From NCBI GenBank assembly GCA_963727445.1, contig CAVSGI010000010.1, positions 160,001 to 224,000 of the forward strand: DNA of 64,000 nt. Direction: 5' to 3'. This document shows positions 59,817 to 64,000 of this stretch, piece by piece (positions within the stretch are counted from its first letter, which is position 1; every line of letters begins with the position of its first letter). The stretch is from an uncultured delta proteobacterium (GTDB lineage: Bacteria; Myxococcota_A; Polyangia; Polyangiales; B10-G4). Made by a program: the position numbers and the translations under genes. The notes beneath the pieces were generated by a model, which saw only the letters and a program-made list of their open reading frames with translations, had not been told where the DNA came from and did no database searches.

Positions 59817-62193
59817 AGGGGGCTCCTCCGCGACAGGGACCAGGTGGTGAAGGCCAGGATCAGAAGGCTCGATGTGGGCATCAGCACGGCGGCGACCCAC
59901 GGCTTCATCAATCCGGCCCAGGCGAGGCCGACAGCGACGAGGTTGTAGAGGACGGCGAAGGCGAGGTTCCGGCGCACGACTTGCGTTAGGGCCTCGGATG
60001 CGCGCAAAGCGAGCGCCAGCGGCCCCAGGCCCGGGGTGACGAAGTAGAAGTCCGAGCGTGCTGGCATGAAGGGGCGGTCGATGGCGGGTGTGCCCGAGCA
60101 GAACGCCGCGTCGGCGGCCATCGCGTCGTTGATGCCGTCGCCCACCATGAGCGTGTCCTCTTCGTCGTGCGCCGCGAGCCAGGCGGCCTTGTCCTCGGGC
60201 CGCTGGCCACCGAGGGCGCGCTCCTCTTCGATGCCCAGCTCGCCGGCCATGCGAGCGACCCGTGCGTTCGCGTCGCCGCTGAGGATGAAGAGCGCGTAGC
60301 CGGCGTTCGACAGGCGAGCGATCTCCCGCGCGGCGTCGGGGCGAAGCCGCTCGCGCGTTCCGATGCGCGCGCGGACCTGGTGATCGACGGCGAAGACGAG
60401 GTCGTCGTCTTCGACCTTCGGGGGCGAGCCACTCGGGCGCGCCCAGCCGGTAGAGGTGCCCATCGATGGCCGCTTCGAGTCCGCGTCCCACGTGCTCGAC
60501 AACGGCCACCTCGGGCCGAAGGTTGAGGCCAAACTCGTCGAGGGCACGCTTGACCGCCTCGCTCTTGGGGTGCGAGCTCCGGGCGGCGAGGTCGTACAGG
60601 GCGCGCAGCTCCTCGTCGGTGAGGGCCTCGAGCGCCGCCGCGATCCTCGAGGGCGAGGGCGGCGGTGGTGAGCGTGCCCGTCTTGTCGAAGACGATCTTG
60701 CGGACGCGCCGCGCCCGGTCGAGGAAGCCCGCGCGCCGGACGAAGAGCCCCGCGCGACGGAGGCCGGCGAGCACCAGCTCGTAGGCGATCGGCGTGGCGA
60801 TGCCGAAGGCGCAGGGGCACGTCACCACCAGCACCGCGATGGCGACCTCGAGGCCGCGCATCCCGTCCCCCATCGCGAAGGTCCAGAACCCGAGGCCGGC
60901 GCCCGCCGCCATCAGCACTGCGATCACGTAGATCGTGGACACCTTCTGCCAGAAGCGGCCGCGCCCGAACCCCTCGCCGTCCTCGGCGCGGGTGCTCCGG
61001 AGCAGCGTCGCCAGCGAGGAGTGGGCGAAGTCGTCCTCGGTGACCACGCGGAGCGCGCTCCGGCCGACGTTGAAGGCGCCCGCAGGAACCACCGCACCCT
61101 CCGAGAAGTGGCGCGGGCGGCTCTCTCCGTCGATCCAGGACAGGGAGAGGGTGGCCCCTTCGCTCTCGAGGCGCGCGTCGACAGGGACGAGGTCGCCAGG
61201 CGCGATCAGCAGCGTGTCGCCCTTCGCGAGCGAGGCGCAGCGCACGAGCTCGACCTTCCCCTCGGCCACGCGCCGCGTCTGCAGGCCGTCGACGCCGTCG
61301 CTCTCGAGCAGCCGGCGTCGGTTTGCCGTCAGGGCGCGCTCCGTGAGGAAGCGCCCGAGGAGCATCAGCGCGACGAAGACCGTCAGCGAGTCGAAATAGA
61401 CCGCGCGCGCCTGTCCGAAGAAGAAGGACCAGGTCGAGCCGCCGAAGGCCAGCGCGATCCCGAGCGCGATGGGGACGTCGAGGTGGAGCACGCCGCGGCG
61501 GAGCCCTTCGACCGCGCCGCGAAAGAAGACGCTGCCGCCCACCAGCACCGAGATGACGGCGAGGGCGTAGCTCACCTGGTGCATGAAGGTGAAGAGCCGG
61601 CCTTCGGCGAGGCCCAGGTAGATGGCTGCCGCGAAGAGCATGGTGTTGCCGGCCAGGGCGATGGCGATGCCCGTGCGCAACAGGAGCTCGTCGATCCCGC
61701 GGTCCTCTTTCTTGAGCGCCGGCCCGAAGACGTAGCCGAAGCGTTCGACGTCGGCGACGAAATCGCGAAGCGGGAAGCTCCCGTCGATGGTCATGTCGAC
61801 GCGGCCGAGGGCCGGGTTGACGACGATGCTCGTCCCGCCGCGCTTGTCGAAGAGCTCCTGCACCAGCCAGACGCACGCGGCGCAATGGATCCCCTGAAGG
61901 TCCATGCCCACCTGACAGAGCCCCTGGCTCTCATTCAGTCGGCCTTCGTAGGGCTCGAGCCACTTGTCGTCCCGCGCTCCCCCCGACGCCTCCGGGACCG
62001 GGACGCCTCGCGCGCCCCGCAGATCGTAGAAGCGTTCGAGGCCCTCGCTGCGTAGGAGCTGGTAGACCGCGCGGCAGCCCCGGCAGCAGAAGTCTCCTTC
62101 CTCGCCGGGGATCGGCAGACCGCAGTGGGCGCAGGCCGCATCGGTGCGACCGAGGCTCAGGGGGGCGGCGATTGCGGGTCCGACCTCTCCCAT
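59804..62193 (-). CDS. ccoI: Cu-transporting P1B ATPase CcoI/FixI (frameshifts near 60640 and 60420)
   Basis: CAHCG..FCCRGC, HCAAC, VTCPCA, DKTGTLT, SHP, GDGINDA, YN. Confidence 0.92.
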
Positions 62194-62197
62194 GGCT

Positions 62198-62917
62198 TCA
62201 CTCCGCTACTCCGCAGCAGGTGTGCACGGGGGCTTGGGGCTCGGCGAGGGTTTGCGCCGGTCGGATGGCGATGAAGACCGCAGCGGCGGCGAGGACCACC
62301 GCGAAGAGGCGCATCGCGAGGGGTGACAGGCGGGGGCGAAGGCGCTGGCTGATGAACGCGATCCCCACGACGCCCACGCCGGTGGTGGTCGCGAAGCCGG
62401 TCATCAGGAGCGCGCCTGCGATGGGATGCGCGCTTCCCGCCGCGAGCACCAGCGCCCCGTAGAGCGCGCCACAGGGAAGGAGCGCGGTGGCCGCGCCGAA
62501 GAGGAGCGGGTCGCGCGGCATCTTCGCGAGGAGCCGTTGTCCCAACGAGAGCGTGGGACGGGAGCGAAGCAGCGGCAGGGGGGCGGCTCTTTCCGACGCG
62601 GTCACGGGTCGGTCGACGCGCCACAGGCGATAGGCGGCGACGGCGAGGGCCGCGGCGAAGACCCAGGAGATCAGTGCGCCCGCCCATGCCCCGCTCGCGG
62701 TGCGAACGATGGCGCCGCCGGCGCTGCCGACGAGCGCGCCGAGACCCGCGTAGCTCAGCGTGCGGCCCGCCTGATAGCGGAGCGCGCCGACCTTGCCCGG
62801 ATGCAGCGCCGTGGCGACAGAGGAGAGCGGCCCACACATCGCGGCGCAGTGCGCGATCGACGCGATGCCGGCGAGCGCGCCCGCGACGGCTGCAACTCCG
62901 AGCTCCTCGGCAGTCAT
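62198..62917 (-). CDS. cbb3-associated DsbD-like/TauE-SafE family membrane protein
   Basis: HCAAMCGP, YQAGRTLSY, LLPCGALY. Confidence 0.88.
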   Translation of the reverse strand: MTAEELGVAAVAGALAGIASIAHCAAMCGPLSSVATALHPGKVGALRYQAGRTLSYAGLGALVGSAGGAIVRTASGAWAGALISWVFAAALAVAAYRLWRVDRPVTASERAAPLPLLRSRPTLSLGQRLLAKMPRDPLLFGAATALLPCGALYGALVLAAGSAHPIAGALLMTGFATTTGVGVVGIAFISQRLRPRLSPLAMRLFAVVLAAAAVFIAIRPAQTLAEPQAPVHTCCGVAE

Positions 62918-63006
62918 CGACTGCGGAGATACGCGCGCGGTCCATCCCCGCCAGGGGGGAATCGCAAAAAACGCGCAGCCCGTCGCAGACTACGCGTCTT
63001 GGGTAC

Positions 63007-63333
63007 TCAGGCCTTTGCGACCCAGCTCTTGCAGTGACCCTTGGGGTTGATCGGGCCCTTCACCAGCGTGCAGCTCCCGCACTGGCTGTCGTTGCCGGTG
63101 TAGAAACGACACCCGATGCAGTTCTTCTCATCGCCGAAGGGTGACTGCTCGACGTACTCGAGGTTGGTGCGCGTCGCGGCTTCCTCCGCGCTCAGTCCGG
63201 AGATGTCGGAGCAGTCGAGATTGGAGCTGCCGCACGCTTGGAGGAGCGCCGCGCCACCCGCCGCGAAGGGGATGACGGAGAGGCTGATCTTGAGGGCGCT
63301 GCGTCGAGAGATCTTGTCGTCGTCCTGGGCCAT
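63007..63333 (-). CDS. High-potential iron-sulfur protein (HiPIP), Tat-exported lipoprotein
   Basis: SRRSALK twin-Arg, LQAC lipobox, LEY..S, CIGCRFY..CTLV.GPI.P.GHCKSW. Confidence 0.88.
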   Translation of the reverse strand: MAQDDDKISRRSALKISLSVIPFAAGGAALLQACGSSNLDCSDISGLSAEEAATRTNLEYVEQSPFGDEKNCIGCRFYTGNDSQCGSCTLVKGPINPKGHCKSWVAKA

Positions 63334-63432
63334 GGGCTGTTCTCCTTGTGTCATCTGCCCCCCACGTCGAGTGCCGACGCGAAACGTCTGGTGCTATCTA
63401 CGCCCGCTTACTGACAGCGCCACCGGCGCGCG

Positions 63433-64000
63433 TCAATAGTCTCCCGCCTCCGGATCGCCGCCTGCCGAGGCGCCGCCGCTCGCGCTCGCGCCTCCGCTCG
63501 CGGAAGCCGAGACCCGAATACGGGCGCCGGAGCTCGGTCGTGGCCGACGACGTGGACGCCGGGTTCCGGTGGTGTCGAAGGGCGGAGGCGAGTCCGGATT
63601 GCAGTTGGGTCCGAAGCCGGTTGCATCGAATCGGTAATCGAGATCACCCGAGGCTTCGCCCTTGATCGCTTCGATGGTCACTTCGTGCTCACCGGCGCGG
63701 GCGGGGCTGCAATAGCTCAGCAGGTAGAAGCGCTGGGTGTAACCGACGATCTTCTCGCCGATGGTGCGGAAGGCGGCCGTGACCGCGCTCGCGTCCTGGA
63801 CCAGGACGTAGCCGCTGAAGCCGATGCGCGCGAGGGTCGGCTCGTCGATCTCGTTGCCGACCCCGACGGCGAAGACGTCGTAGTCCACGTCGTCGAGCGC
63901 GTTCATCATGTCGCGGAAGCTCACGCGCGCCGCTCGGTCGGTCCCGTCGGTGAAGACCACGATGGTGCCGAAGGTGAGCGGGGTGGGCGACTCCTGCACC
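63433..64000 (-). CDS. VWA domain protein, C-terminal part
   Basis: IVVFTDG.D, VFAVGVG, YLLSYCSP.R.G.H. The ORF runs off the window. Confidence 0.8.
   Translation of the reverse strand, partial: VQESPTPLTFGTIVVFTDGTDRAARVSFRDMMNALDDVDYDVFAVGVGNEIDEPTLARIGFSGYVLVQDASAVTAAFRTIGEKIVGYTQRFYLLSYCSPARAGEHEVTIEAIKGEASGDLDYRFDATGFGPNCNPDSPPPFDTTGTRRPRRRPRPSSGARIRVSASASGGASASGGASAGGDPEAGDY

Noticed and set aside
62962..62987. RegA/PrrA-type box upstream of the cco genes
   Set aside because: Only one half-site (TGCGAC) fits, and GCG/CGC words are too common at this GC content.
1..64000. Calling the frameshifted genes (NRPS, asnB, oxygenase, ccoNO, ccoI, YdeI, ATPase) pseudogenes or programmed frameshifts
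   Set aside because: Indels hit unrelated genes, motifs are intact on both sides, and no consistent slippery motif was seen. Sequencing error is the simpler explanation, though unproven without reads.

Overview
GC-rich (about 70% by eye), gene-dense bacterial chromosome segment. The MYXO-CTERM sorting signal, four Hanks-type kinase genes and many Cys- or Asp/Ala/Gly-rich lipoproteins point to a myxobacterium (Polyangiales/Sandaracinus-like; inference). No rRNA, tRNA, CRISPR array, IS or prophage was recognised. Single-base indels break at least nine genes and are very dense at about 34.3-38.1 kb and 58.4-60.7 kb. They most likely reflect long-read or low-coverage consensus errors rather than pseudogenes. 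Main content, left to right: (1) a five-gene biosynthetic operon (Zn-dehydrogenase, AsnB-type amidotransferase, SAM methyltransferase, Fe/2OG oxygenase, A-T-R NRPS-like reductase) behind a promoter with an NrtR-like 21-bp palindrome; (2) msrA, an SSS permease and an orphan tldD; (3) an ABC1 kinase, a pseudokinase, a kinase and an FHA-LuxR regulator, then a SNF2 helicase; (4) a hemerythrin gene divergent from a PNPOx-like gene and a PNPOx-GAF-wHTH regulator, with four 11-bp-phased repeats between them; (5) a Mo-oxidoreductase/bacterioferritin/kinase run, a DUF2330 protein, htpX and a CDF transporter; (6) a YqiJ-like/flotillin/giant AAA ATPase system split by an L,D-transpeptidase gene; (7) archaeal-type topoisomerase VI (top6B-top6A); (8) a kinase-TPR-LamG operon; (9) a cbb3 oxidase cluster with fused ccoNO, preceded by a Tat-exported lipoprotein HiPIP. 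The best candidates for undescribed systems are (1), (4) and (6).
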